NCBI GenBank assembly: GCA_002269645.1
Contig: NIVC01000620.1
Span: 186,001-250,000, forward strand
Length of the DNA stretch: 64,000 nt
DNA from: Macrostomum lignano
Lineage: Eukaryota
Reading direction: 5' to 3'
The notes under the pieces are model-generated. The model saw only the letters and a program-made list of their open reading frames with translations. It made no database searches and was not told the DNA's origin. Within the stretch, counting starts at the first letter, position 1; each line of letters starts with the position of its first letter. Below are positions 34,650 through 47,612 of the stretch, one piece after another. A program made the position numbers and the translations under genes.

Positions 34650-35300
34650 CTGTAAACATTTACGGGAACTGAATATTTAGTTCAGTGCTGCACTAAAGCT
34701 ATTCCCAGAATTTCATGCCTTGTTTTGCTCAAGATAACCCCACCCCACTCCAACGGACTCCCTTATCACCGCCAACCACCCCAAGACCCACAACACCCCC
34801 AAGACCCAGACACACACAAAAATTCGATGCGATCGCTTTTTACTCCTGTTATCTTTTAATTACTTATTACTTTTATTGTTTTGCCTTCCAACTCACACTA
34901 TCTTACAATCCTACCCAATCCGCCCTGTGCGCCCCCTCCCATCTCCATACTGCTTACTTTCTAGCCAAACCCCAACCCACACCCCAACTCCTTGCGCCGA
35001 CCTCACCTCCACCCCGCCCATCGCCACTCTGCCCTCCTATCTCCGCACTGTTCGGCAGGGCTCTGCTAACTTTTCAGCCGACCCGCCCCAACTCATTGCG
35101 ACGGCCTCACCTCCACCCCGCCACTCTGCCCACCCACCCCAACTCCTTGCACCACCTCACCTCCGCCCATCGCCACTCTGACCTCCTATCTCCGCACTGT
35201 TCGGCAGGGTTCTGCTAACCCATACTACTTGCACCACCTCACCTCCGCCCATCGCTACTCTGACCTCCTATCTCCGCACTGTTCGACAGGGTTCTGCTAA
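34650..35300. repeat. Dispersed repeat with internal tandem C-rich units
   Basis: Three copies of cacctcacctcc.ccc...cgc.actctg.cctcctatctccgcactgttcg.caggg; related to 29520-30060. Confidence 0.7.
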
Positions 35301-36132
35301 CCCATAATACTTTTGTGTACAACTCTGAGCCTACGGCTTCTGGTGTCTGTACAGCTTTGCCTCCCTTTGAACCTACACGGCTTCTGTTATTTGTACAGCT
35401 TTGAGCCTACACGGCTTCTGGTGTCTGTGCAGCTTTATCTCTGACTCGAAAAACACTAACAAAGATCAGCTTTCTCAGCCAAAAGTCAAGTTTGCAAAAC
35501 TGGTCACAGACCAAGAGCAGAAACGTTAACGAAGTTTTAGCAAAAACCAAGTTGTATATTTTTCTGTTAAATTCAGGCCCTTTATAAAGCAAAAAGGAGG
35601 GGGTAATTGTTACGTTTAAACAAATTATTTGTAAAATATTTACAAAGCTAATTTAAATAAAAATTCTGCGCATTGAAACAAGAAATTCTGTGATTGGTAG
35701 AGAATTATTTCGCAAATCATATTACAAGAAGTAGTATAGTATGCCCCTATTACATAATATAAGATATTGTGTACTTCTAGTGCTTCTAGTGTAACTTTTG
35801 GCAATTGAATTCTTTCAAACTGTATTGGGTGCGGCCATAGACGACTAAGTCGCACACACACCCAGCCATGAGCTAAAGAAACGATGCTTCAAGCTTGGAA
35901 ATAAAAAAATAGAAGTTACGATACATGAAATAAGGCGCTCTGTTCAGGGTGCAAACATTTCGGTGACCTTGTTGATCTTGACTCACTGTCTTCCGCTAGA
36001 GAAGAAGTCATAACAGTGGCGTCGCAAGCAGGAGGGCTAGATGGGCCACTGGGTCGGCCCCGCCCGCTTGTCCCTGGCCGGCGAGGCGCCCCCGCCAGCG
36101 CCCAGCCGCTGCACTGCGTCTATTTGCTGACT

Positions 36133-37190
36133 TTAGGCGGCTTGGTCTATGGGCCTGGCACCGGCCGCGCGGCAGAATTCGGCATACACCTCATAGGAGA
36201 CAGCCTGAACGCTCGCTGAATTGTCGAGCCACTGTTGGAGCGCCGCGCTGGTCCGGGCCATGCTAGTTTTGAAGCTTACTAGCAGGTGCCTCCAGTCGTA
36301 GCTATAATCGGCAAAGCTGTTGCACAGCCACGTGGCGCCATTGCGCACGATCGTAGAGGCACCAAAGCTGTGCAACGGGCGCAGCACCTCGAAGAAGGTC
36401 GAGAGGTGGCCCATGCTGTTGTTGGTGCACTCGAGGTCTAGCACCAACTGGGCTTCGCCGGTCAGGTAGTAGCTGCCCACGTGGTAGCGGGCCCGAGGCT
36501 TATTAGCGTGCTGGATGCCGTTGATCGGGCCAGGCAAGCCCGCAGCGTCGTCGCGCTGGCCCAGCGCACTCTCATCTAGGATTGCTCGCTCTAGATCCAG
36601 GACCTGCATGCAGGCGGCGAGCACATCGGTGGGGATCGCAAAAGCTAGTTTGTGCTTTTGCACAGCACGGGCCATACCGGCCGCTAGGACCAGGCGATGG
36701 GTGCCAGATGGGCAGTCGGTCATTCTCAGGACTACGTCCTGCGCCAGGTTCGTCTGGGGCAAGGCAGGGCTGTACTCCGCGGGCTCTAGTATGCCTTGGA
36801 GGCCCATAGCGCGGAGCAGCCGCTTGGTGCTGGCCCAATGACTGATCGTATGCACCACCTTGGTATAGGTCTCAAGGCAGGCCTCATCAAAGCCGGGCCA
36901 CGTCTAGAGCACCTTGAGGACGTAGCCCTGGAGGGTCCTGCCGCCGGTGTGGTGATTGGTCGCCCACCGCATCACTTTGCTAGCAAGCACAAGGTTTGCG
37001 GCAATGCGCAGCCGGCCCTGGTCCTCATCAATGAGGTGCCTGGTCTCGGCTACATGGGCCGGCTCGAGCTGGGTTGGGGCAGCCTCCACCAGAACGTCTC
37101 CATCTTCCAGTCTTACCCACCCGAGGGCAACGCCCGAAGAATCTTTCCGAGTTAGAATCCTTCCTTGGACTTGTGATGCACTTTTATATA
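36133..37190 (-). pseudogene. Qinviridae-like putative nucleocapsid protein (endogenous RNA-virus gene)
   Basis: KVMRWATNHHTGG...QGYVLKV, HTISHWASTKRLL..MGLQGI, LRMTDCPSGT and RYHVGSYYLTG match motifs I recall from the qinvirus segment-2 protein (not verified). One in-frame TAG joins ORFs 36904-37089 and 36133-36858. Confidence 0.65.
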
Positions 37191-37399
37191 CTTTATTTAA
37201 CTAGTTGGCGACCAGCCCCCCACTCTCCTACCCTCGCACATGACTCAGCGTACATAGCCTGATCGCAACTCTAGCTCATATTTAATGTACATTGCTCAAT
37301 GCTCAATATCGGCAACAGTCAAATATTCTAAATAAATATAATCGCATCGACCGTCTAGGGGCTCTAAGCTTTTTCTCTTCGGCCAGTTCTGCCAAAGCA

Positions 37400-38872
37400 T
37401 ACTTGAACTCTTACAGGACTGATTACGTTCTTCTCGCGATTCATTCCAAACCTTTCTGGAATATCGGCTCCGTTGGTACACCTGAAGCGCAAAGTTGTGG
37501 AGTTTCGTTGGGGCGCAAAAGAACAAAATGCGTTCAGAAATCTTCAGAAATCACTTTCAGAAGACGCTGCTTTGCATGCGTACGACCCAAAGCTACCGGT
37601 TGAGCTCGAAGTAGACGCTTCGCAAATTGCCCTTGGTGGTGTCCCGAGTCAACAAGGACGCCCTGTCTTGTACATCAGCAAACTTTTGTCATCATCGGAG
37701 CGAAATTATTCACAAATAGAGCGAGAAGCGCTTGCGATAATTTGGGGTGTTAGAAGATGTCATCGTTTTCTCTGTGGCAGAAAATTTAAGCTAATAACCG
37801 ACCATCGCCCTCTCGTGTACATCTTAGCTTGTGACATAGAGCTACCATCGAGAGTGTCCGCAAGGCTGCAGTGATGGGCGATATTTCTCACGGCGTACGA
37901 TTACGAGATCGAGCATCGTAAATCTAAAGCTATGGCATCTGACGCGCTCTCAAGATTGGTTCCGCAAGGAAGAAGCGGTGAAACACTCGAGATTGGTAAC
38001 ATTCACACCGTTTCAACTTCACTGTCTCTGGAAGATAGAGGCTGTGAGTCCTTGGGATAGAGTCCATATCGAATTTGCAGGACCGGTCGACAACCGTTAC
38101 ATGCTCGTTCTGGTAGTGGTAGATTCTTACAGCGGATATCCTGAAGTCCATGTTACTAAAGATATGACTTTTCGAACTGTCATTCAGTGTCTCAGGAGGA
38201 CATTTTCTCAGCTTGGAATTCCAAGGACACTTGTGTCAGATAACGGACCATGCTTTATCAGCAAGGACTTTACGGAGTGGTTGGCAGGAATTGACTGTGA
38301 GCACCTAACTATCGCAGCTTATCAGCCACAAAGTAATGGGGTTGCAGAGCATTTCGTACGCACGCTAAAAAAGCATCAAGGCAAATGGCTTTAGTCAAGA
38401 GTCTGTTGACCGCTTCTTTCTGTTTTATCGGACATCAGACAATAAATCGGGATCGTCACCAGCGGAGCAGCTACTGGGGCACAAGCTCAGGGTTCCGTTT
38501 ACTAAGAGGCCAGTCGGACTAGAGGATCCAGTTATCTACAAAAAAGAGAGAGACAGGCCCATCACTGCAAAACTGCTCTTGCCTATCGGAAGGAGCATGG
38601 CCATGATCAAGACAGATGAACCGAACTCGAATTATCGGAAAGTTCACCTGGATCAGCTACATCCGTACAGTCCAACCGGCGAGGAGCCCGCAGAAACCGA
38701 CAGAATGCCACCCGGAGCTGGCGAACACGTGGAAGGGAGAAAACAAGAGGAGCCTCCACAACAAGAGGGGCTGCGTACATCTCCAATCCCTGCGGTTCCC
38801 GAGGATACTATGATTAAACTCAGGAGAAGCATCCGACTTTCGGAGAAACCCAAAGTTAACTATAAGTACTAA
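37400..38872 (+). pseudogene. Gypsy pol remnant: RT C-terminus, RNase H, integrase
   Basis: FIPNLSGISAPL; EVDASQIALGG...ERNYSQIEREALAI...ITDHRPL; PWDRVHIEFAGP, LVSDNGPCF, QPQSNGVAE; terminal LRRSIR. Confidence 0.93.
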
Positions 38873-39877
38873 AATTTGTTTCTCCCGCATTAACTTTAAA
38901 AATTGTTCTTTGCCATTGTAAGGGGGGAGATGTTGGGTGCGGCCATAAACGACTCAGTCGCACACACACCCAGCCATGAGCTAAATAAGCGATGCTTCAA
39001 GCTTGGAAATAAAAAATAAAAGTTCGATAACATGAAATAAGAAGCTCTGTTCAGAGTGCAAACATTTCGGTGACCTTGTTGATCTTGACTCACTGTCTTC
39101 CGCTAGAGAAGAAGTCATAACAAACTGCAACATACTTCATCCACGAAAACGAGAGCTTAATTTAGAATATGCCATAGACAGTAGCGTTTGCGCTAAATGT
39201 TTCATCCCAGTTAGCAAAACTTTTCGTTCTCAGTCCAATTCATTTAACAACTTTAGTTGATAGACTAGCAATAGTTGACCCCCCTTCGGGGAGAGTATTT
39301 AGTACAGTTATTTATCGCAATTGATTAACTAATATTCATAATAATCTCTCTTATTCACCGTATCTATAATTCAATGTCTCAATAATTCAATATGAATATT
39401 CATAAATCAATTTTTATATTCATTCTTATTCATAGGTCTCATTCATTTAGTCATTAATATTTTATTACACTACAATACACCACAGAAAGAAAGAACTCAA
39501 GCTATCTCCATTACAGAATAGAGGATCGAAAAGTAAGAAGGAGAATGTTGGCTATAGACAATTATAGCAATTTTAGCCCCCTCCGGGGAGATGCTCAGGT
39601 TCAGAGCAATGAATTGATTATATTATTTATTTGAAAACAATAGTTATTTTTTTTGTATTATTCTCTTATTTTTTACTGAATCAGATGCATACAGCGTTTA
39701 TTGTCTTATTTTTTTTAGTATCAACAATCAATCAGAATTATTATCAGAATAACATTGCTGCTTCTGCAACACCCAACCCCGGAGATTGACAGTGTGCACT
39801 TTATTGTTATTAAACTTAGCAGCTGCAACACCCAACACCAGAGATTGACTGTGTTGCTTTATCAATGACAATTCTTT

Positions 39878-41031
39878 TTAATCGTCCTCATTGATAGTAG
39901 AATGCGACGGTCCAGCGATTGGAGTAGACTCCATTTGGCCCAGTGACACGTCGCCTCCGCGTTTGTCTCGCGAAAAAATAATTTCGTCGTCTCCGCAGCG
40001 TACTTGCATTATTTGTACATTGCGGAATGATGCGAACATTTCAGGAGAGCACTGGAACACAAATGTGTCCCTCCGAACTTCCTGGTTATCAGGCGGTCTC
40101 GCAGTCGATTGGGTCTTTTGGACTGGCTCAAAGATTTGCTGACTCGACTGAGCCCTTTCAAACCACTCCGTCAAGTCAGAGTCATTGGCAGGATATTGGC
40201 GAACATTGGCCCTGGTACAATTTAGCGAAATATCATTGCCATATTCTTGCACTTGGGCTCCTTGAACCTCTAGGGTGTCGCCCACAGTCCAGTGATTCAC
40301 CAGACTTGCACTGTCGGCCCAGAATGTGCAGGAGACAGACGATGCCGAGTCATCGACCAGTGTCACCTTGGCCAAGTTAGTGGTAGTTCCTCGTTTTGTT
40401 TGGATTTCCCTTTGCGCCATAGTACTGGAAATGACGCCTCGAATGTCAACCTTCCTACATGACCATTGAAGAATTTTGCCATTAATTGTTAATCACATCC
40501 AAAACGAATGTTGCTTAGAATGAATGGTACGAGTACGACTTTAACTTACTTTCTCAGTGTAAAGGTTGAGAGAACGCCAATTTTTATGTACTGGGCTTTG
40601 CGCTGCTGGACAATTTCGTTGCTAGCAACAAGGACTCCATCTTTATCCACTGACAGAGTCATTTCGAGCTCGTTGTCGGTTGAGTTGTACATAGAATTTG
40701 AGGCTTTCAACCAACCACCAGATACGCGCACGGCCGTAGCGTTTTTGCACAAGTAATGGTGTGTTCTCAAATTTGTTCCGAACACGCTTACCCGAATCTC
40801 GCTGTCTTCGTCTGCAAGATTAAAAGAGAACACTTGGCCAGTTCCCTTTGCGTTTGAATAATTTCTGATGTCCGTTAGCATTGACACCAATCCGATTATT
40901 GCGCCCTTTATCATGCCGGACACCAGCGCAGCGATGTTCAGCCTCTGCTGATTGGGCACTGTGTAGGAACCTTCCATTATAATTTGATTAGCACAGTTTA
41001 TAATTGATTTAATTGACAAATCGTAATGCAC
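39878..41031 (-). CDS. RPA70-like ssDNA-binding protein with two OB folds; exons ~41031-40550 and 40454-39878
   Basis: GQVFSFNLADEDSEIRVSVF...SNSMYN...EMTL (DBD-A-like). A GTAAGT...TAG intron at 40549-40455 splices in frame to KVDIRGVI...VTLVDDS...SCTFWAD (DBD-B-like). Confidence 0.8.
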
Positions 41032-41521
41032 TTATCTTTATTGTTGACACGCGGTGGCTGCTGTAGATGAAGAAAGATTATCTTTATTGTTGACACGCGG
41101 TGGCTGCTGTAGATGAAGAAAGATTTAGTTTTGACTTTGATTTGAAGCGTGAATTATTTTTCGGGCTTTAATCCCAACCGCTTAGGCTTACCTGTATGCG
41201 TCATAGACGCCTAAGTGGCACATGTACTTTTTTAACATAGACGTACAAGCTGCGATGTTCTGCTCGAGAATGCGTATCATAGATCACGCACAAACGCACA
41301 CACACACACACACTTGTGCTTTTCCATCGATAACTTGTTATTCAATGACAATCCGATAGAAAGGATATATTTTTCTGTATTTACACATGCGTGTAAGTTG
41401 ACAGTGTGCATTTTATTTATTTATCACGATTGAGCAGCTGCAACACCCAACCCCAGAGATTGACAGTGTGCATACTATTTCGTCTTAATAGTAATTGTGA
41501 GCAATCCTTTTAGATGGCCAT

Positions 41522-44500
41522 TCAAACAGTCAGCACTTCAGGGTACACGACATTTCTCGTCTTATCTCCAGAGATTCGGACCCGTACATTGGCCGCATTC
41601 TTTGCTCGCGACAGCGCAGTGTACAGCTGGCCGTGCGCAAAACAGCCGACAGCCAGGTCGATGCCCACGGTGTCGAGCGACTGGCCCTGTGACTTGTGGA
41701 TCGTCAGGCAAAAGCTCGGCTTAACTGGGAACTGCAGCCGCTTGAAGCAGACTGGCAGGTCAGCATTGTTGGGCTGCAGCGGAATCCTCGGCAGTAAGAT
41801 TTCATCACCAGAGAACTGGCCGGCAGCGACCTTGCAGCGCAGCACGTTCTCGCCCAGCTCCAGGATGATCAGCCGGGTGCCGTTGCACAGCCTTGGCGGA
41901 TTCAGATTCCGCAGCAGAACCAGCGGCATGCCCACCTTGAGCTTAAGCAGGTGAGTAGGAAAGTTCGGAGCATCCAGCTGGTTCAGCAGCTCCGGAGGAA
42001 AGTGCGTGGCCGCTTCCTCGTCAGCCACGCTGTCCACTGAGCGATACTCTCGCAGTTGGCCTGGGAACATTGCCAGGCACTCGCTGTTGATCGCGTCAAC
42101 CGCATCGTTGTAGGGCGCCAGGATTGCCCGGCTTGAAAAGTAGCCGTCACGCTCCGCTGACGCCTCGAACGAAGGGTACACGAACTGGATCAGCGCGGAG
42201 AGCGGCGCCTCTGCCGGAATGACGATCTCGGCAGGAAGGCGGACTGTGTCATCCGACTGATCAGCCGGCCCTGAGCCGATCTGTGCGGGATGTGCAGAAA
42301 ATGCATGAGAATCTCATGTTGCCACGCTCATATAAGCAGCAAGAGAAATATTCACCTGCATGAGCAGTTGCATATAGCGATTGTACAGCTCAGCATCAGC
42401 ACAGCGTTGCAGCCGGATGTTCTTAGAAAGTCTGTGCCTGTGGAATAAAGGCCACAGATTAGATTTGCTTACACAAGCTAAAATGTTGTTTGCCCTGGTG
42501 CCATTCTGCACCACCGGCAGCAACTGGCGAAAGTCTCCAGCGCAGACCAAAACGATGCCGCCGAATGGACGGTCTTGCTTCCGTAGGTCTCGGAGACTGC
42601 GGTCGACAGCCTCCAGATCCTTCCGATTCGTCATGGAGATTTCATCCCAGACTATAAGCCGCACGGTGCGAAACACTGCGGCCTGTCTTGATTGGGCTCG
42701 GACAGAACACACGTCCTTGTCGGTGCGAACCAGCCGCACTGGGATCTTGAATGTCGAATGCGCCGTCTGTCCACCCGGCAGCAGGGTGGCTGCGATGCCA
42801 GACGACGCAACGGCGAGTGCGACTTCCCCTCGACTACGCACAAACGCCAGCAGAACCTCAAGCAAGAAGGTCTTGCCGGTGCCTGCGGGAGCGTCAAGGA
42901 AATGCAGCCCACCTGAGCCATTGTAAATATCCTCAGTCACGGCCTCATAGATGACCCGCTGCTCAGCCGTCAGCATTGGCAGCCGCGTCTCTGTGATCTC
43001 CGCCTGCTCGACCGTGTCGAACTGCTGCGGCCCGACTTGCGGCATAGCGGAGGCAGCAGGAAGTCCGTATTCTGGCAGACTGCTGCCGCCCATTGACGTC
43101 AGCATGCTCTGCAGCTCTCGCAGAGCCAAGTCGCTGACTTCCTCGGCGCTCAGGTCCGGGTTGTGGAATCGCAGGTCTTCGCAGAGATCCTCTGCAAAGC
43201 TGCTCCACAGGTTGGCGCCATCGTCTGGCTCTCCCCAGATGAGGACGACAGCCAGCAGGTGCCTCAGAGCTCGCGGCATTCGGCTCTGGACAGCCTCAGT
43301 CAGGCAGTGGTGCCAGTGGTCATCGCGTTGCAGCAGGCCGAGAGCCATGCAGGCAGCCTTGGCGCTGACGAAATGAACACCGGCCACGGTCTGCAACGAC
43401 TCGAAGCTGGTCGGTCCTCGCACGTGCAGCAGCAGCAGTCGCAGGTAGAACAGATCACCTGCTCTAGGACTAACTGTGTACATGCGAGATATGTTTGAAT
43501 TGCGCTTTACGCCAGGATGCCCTTCGACATCGGCGCCCTGCTTTGCCCGACGCCACTCTCTTGCACTCGGATGCCACACAAAGTAGGAGGCCACCTCGTT
43601 GTAGAGTAGACGCCGAGCAAACTCGTCAGTGCGGCACAGCTTGAAGAAGGCCGTCAGTGTCGAATCTCTGGGCGCCTTGGCTTTGGCGCTGGCGGTCCGC
43701 TCGTTGAAATACACAAGCTGCTCTTCAGACTTGTGCACGCAGAGTCTGATGACCGCCGGGTACCTGTTGTGCACCTGGGTGTTAAGATGTTAAGGATCGT
43801 GTCATTGGAAATAAGATAAAACAGGTAATCACAACTGATTACTCACCTCAAAGGCCAAGATGGTGTTTACAGCTTCCATTGGGCCAATGTAGCGTGCAGA
43901 CAGGTACTCTGAGATTTCGTCACGTGGCTTCTCTAGCTGTTTGACAGGCTGAGCTTCAGTGGCTCCAGCGTCGGCAACTTTGAAAACAGCCATATCGCCA
44001 CTTTTCATCAAATACTTGATTACGTACTTGACAGACTTGACGGTGGCACAAACTTCAACGTTCAAGTGGCATGCGAACTGGAGCAGCAGGTCAGGGTTGT
44101 ATGGCACAACCCACCTAGAGAAAGAAGAAGAAGAAGAAGATAGGAAAGATAGGAAGATAGGATTTAACTGTATAGTACAGAAATGCTATGGCTAAGCATC
44201 TGCAGACTCACCTGTTGTCCATTCGGATGCTGCGGCCCTTGAACAGTTTGTCCACCGTGAAGCCTCCCATCTCAGGAGAGCGCCTCCTGTAGAACGGGTA
44301 CCCGGTGTCGCTGGTCAGCGTCTCCGGCTGAAAGTCCTTCGGGAAGGCCTTGCTGCACTTGCCGTTCTCCATGCAAGGGCAGGCCGGGTTCAGCTCGCCA
44401 CACGGTCCGTGGATCATGTGGATCTTGACCAGCTCGTACAGCACTGGCTGCCGCTGTGGGTCTGGGATCTCCGCAGACACGATGGCATCGTAGCGATCCG

Positions 44501-47164
44501 GAGTGACTCGACTTCCGTTTGCCAGCCACAGCAGAAAGTGCACATAGGGAAGGCCTGTGTTGAATGTTTTATAAATAAGTAATGTCTTATAATTAATCAT
44601 GAGACAAAATACATTAATTATAAGACATTACTTTTTGCAGTTCATCACAGAGAAAACGGATCAACTCACCGCGCTTCTGGTACTCCAGTGAGCAGACATG
44701 CGCAGCTTCCTTGCCAAAGCGCTTCCTGAGCTCTTCAATCAGAGCTTTTTTCTTTAATTCAAACACCCGGGTCACAATGTCCGGACGGTCTTCAGGCCGC
44801 TGACCAGGCAGCAGCTGCACCGTAATCTCTGGCCACTTCGGGTTGCACGTGGCCGTGACAAACAGGTCTGGCTTACCAAACTTGTGCACGTAGGACATTG
44901 CGTCCTGCAGCCTCTCCATCAGGTACCTGGGTCCACCAACAAAACTGGAGGACAGATACACATGAGCAGGCTTACCAATCTCATTGGGATCGGCTTCAGT
45001 GTGCCTGCCATCAGCAGCAAACAGGGCGTCTCTCAGGCCGCTGTAAGTCTCGCTGCGCAGGTCCTCCTGATGAGTCCGCAGGTACAGCAGCCTCTCGGAC
45101 TCGATCTTGGCAGCCATGTCCACCAGGTACTGCTGGAACAGACGCCTGCCGTGGTGCAGCACATTGAACTGGCCAGCTCGCACCATGATTTCGCTGGCGT
45201 AGTACTTCATGGGCGTCAGCTTCCGCCCATTCGCCATCTTCAGCTCCGGGTGCCAGCCGTCCTCGCCATTGGAAAACAGCAGCACGTACTCCAGAGGGTC
45301 ATAGGACCGGTGCGTCTCGGCTATGCGCTGGACTTGGCCACCACGCAGTCGGATCACAACGTCACGATTTGTCGTTGCGTCCTCTGTGCCACCAACGATA
45401 AGAATGCCAACCTCATTGGCCATAGGAAGATTGTAGCGCCTGAGGAAAAATCATATTTTTATATTTTTATATTTTTATATATTGTATCATGTATATATAC
45501 AATATATACATCATAGTTTATTTTGACACCACAAACTCACCGAATGTGTTCCCCTGCTGGTCTTCGGTCCGGGTGAATCACAATTCGCGCATCTCCCAGC
45601 TCAGGGTCGCCACTGATTCGCTGAACAGCAGCTCGAAGGCTTTGCACGTAGCCGTTGGATTGATGCAGCAGAGTTTGCAGCAGCTTTAGCAGCTCCGGCT
45701 TCACTCTCTGACTGAGGCTCAGGCGGCTCTCCAATTCGTGGTCAGTAAAATACACCTGCCAGCCATGCGGCTCGGCTGAGGGGTCGGCAAGCAGCGGCCC
45801 CATATTGTGATGCAGCTGGCCGCTGATGATGAAGCTGGGACTATAGCCAGGCACCATTCTGAGCTTCACACCCAGAGATGTGAGGTGCAGCACCGCATTG
45901 TAGCTCCTGATGTGGGCCAGGAACTCTGCACTGAGTCGGTGCTGCCCCGTGTAAAGATCTGCCAAGACCTGCGGCATCGTACGGGTGGGCAGCTTCACCT
46001 TGCCCTTGGCGCAGCAGAAGTTGCGCGTCTCTTTGGCCCAAAACAATGCGCCACAGTCATTGCAGGCGTTGTTCATTGGTCCACACTGGTGAGCCGGGGC
46101 CTCTGGCAGCAATGGCTCGGCACGCCTGTGAGTACAGTGGAATAAGACATGTTGTGAGGACAGCAGTTCAAATCAAAAAGACAAATGAAGAAGACTCACC
46201 GATGATCACCCGATGCTCCAATGTCGGCACATGAGCTGTGGATGTCAACTGGCACTGCCTTTGAGCCGCTTGCCATTGGCCTGGGACACTCTGCACCTGA
46301 AGAAGCTTGCAGAGACGGTCGAAGTCTGAGCGACTCGTAGTGCTCGTGACTCAAGAGCACACGCACAGTGGCATTGGGAGGCTGCTTGTCACACTTGAAA
46401 TATTGCAGCACATTACCATTGGACTGGTAAATCACCAGGTCCATGTCAAAGCAGCTACTAAACAGAGCTGCCACTTCGTCTGAAATATAAACCCCTTCCT
46501 GAAAGGAGGAATTCGCAATCTCATCGGCGCAATCAGGCGCGATGATGCCATTCGCGACCAACTGTGGCAAAAGTTCAACTGCACGACAGGCCAACTCGTG
46601 CCGAAGGGTAGCGGCATCGGTTTCATGCGGTGTGCCACGTAGCTGGTCGCACACGGCATGAAAAAAGCAGTTGCCATCGCCAATGGTGGTATTGACCTGC
46701 AACTGACTAAAGGGCACAATAGATTCGACACAAGGTAACCTGGTGACAGATTCACCGCGCCGACAATCAGCCTGTCTCTGCCGCTGCTCTTCCAGACGGG
46801 TAATCCGCTCAGCCTCGTCCTCAGCAGCGCGAAACTCAGCCTGTCTCTGCCGCTGTTCCTCCAGACGGGCAATCCGCTCAGCCTCGTCTTCAGCAGCGCG
46901 AAACAAAGCCTGTCTCTGCCGCTGTTCCTCCAGACGGGCAATCCGCTCAGCCTCGTCTTCAGCAACGCGACACTCAGCCTGTCTCTGCCGCTGTTCCTCC
47001 AGACGGACAAACCGCTCAGCCTCGTCTTCAACAGCGCGGCGTTCGGCGTCTCGCCGCCGCTGCTCTTCCAGACGGGCATCGCGCTCTCCAGCAGACTCGG
47101 CCAGTCGTCTTTTCTTTGCGTCACGGCTTCTCTTCAAATGGCTTGCGCCACGGCGCACCATCAT
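41522..47164 (-). CDS. Helitron RepHel: charged repeats, OTU, Zn finger, Rep (HUH/Y2), Pif1 helicase; multi-exon
   Basis: GDGNCFFHAV/HYESL (OTU); CNDCGALFW...CCAKGKV; FVTATCNPKW, EYQKRG|LPYVH, YVIKYLMK (Rep); DAPAGTGKT, IVWDEISM, GDFRQLLPV, TIHKSQGQS, HGQLYTALSR (Pif1). GT-AG introns lie between the ORF blocks. Confidence 0.92.
46760..47100 (-). repeat. 69-bp coding tandem repeat (RLEEQRQRQA...AEDEAERIA) in the RepHel N-terminus
   Basis: About 5 units, period 69 nt. Confidence 0.9.
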
Positions 47165-47612
47165 ACAGTGGGGCTAAATAGATAAAGCACTATTAGAGGG
47201 TTCAAAAACCAAAGAAAAGAAAGAAGGAAAGGAAGCAGTGGGCTACATAAAAACCAAGCAGCCTACAGCTATTAGCATTATAATCTATGGCCAAAACCGT
47301 TTTCAAGCTCTCACTGCCGAAAAAATACATTAGCGAGATGGGCAAAAACCTGTTTTCTGACAATTGAGAGGCCTCTTTAATTTGGATAGCTTATTAAAAA
47401 TACGTGTACCGATTCCGGACAATTTGCCATCTAATGGTGCAAAAACGGAGAAAATCGGTCATTCCGTTCGCAAGATTTTCTGTTACAAGCAAACAAACAA
47501 ACAAACAAACTCAACTTTAGTAAATAAGAAAAACTAATAGTGTCAGCATTAGAAGATTAACTATCTATGTTAGTCTAGGGGACGAAATTTTTTGTAGTTT
47601 GGGCAAAATCAA

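Larger units (their letters stand above)
35823..39122 (+). mobile_element. Gypsy-type LTR retroelement, internally rearranged, carrying an antisense viral-like gene
   Basis: LTRs 35823-36015 and 38931-39122 (about a dozen differences by eye); 5-bp TSD AACTG (35818-35822, 39123-39127); PBS-like TGGCGTC after the 5' LTR; PPT AAGGGGGGAGA. Confidence 0.93.
39265..47529 (-). mobile_element. Full-length-like Helitron (8265 bp) with intron-split RepHel and an RPA-like gene
   Basis: 5' TCTTATTTACTAAAGTTGAGTTTG (preceded by T rather than A); 3' hairpin CCCCGAAGGGG then CTAG|T. Confidence 0.9.
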
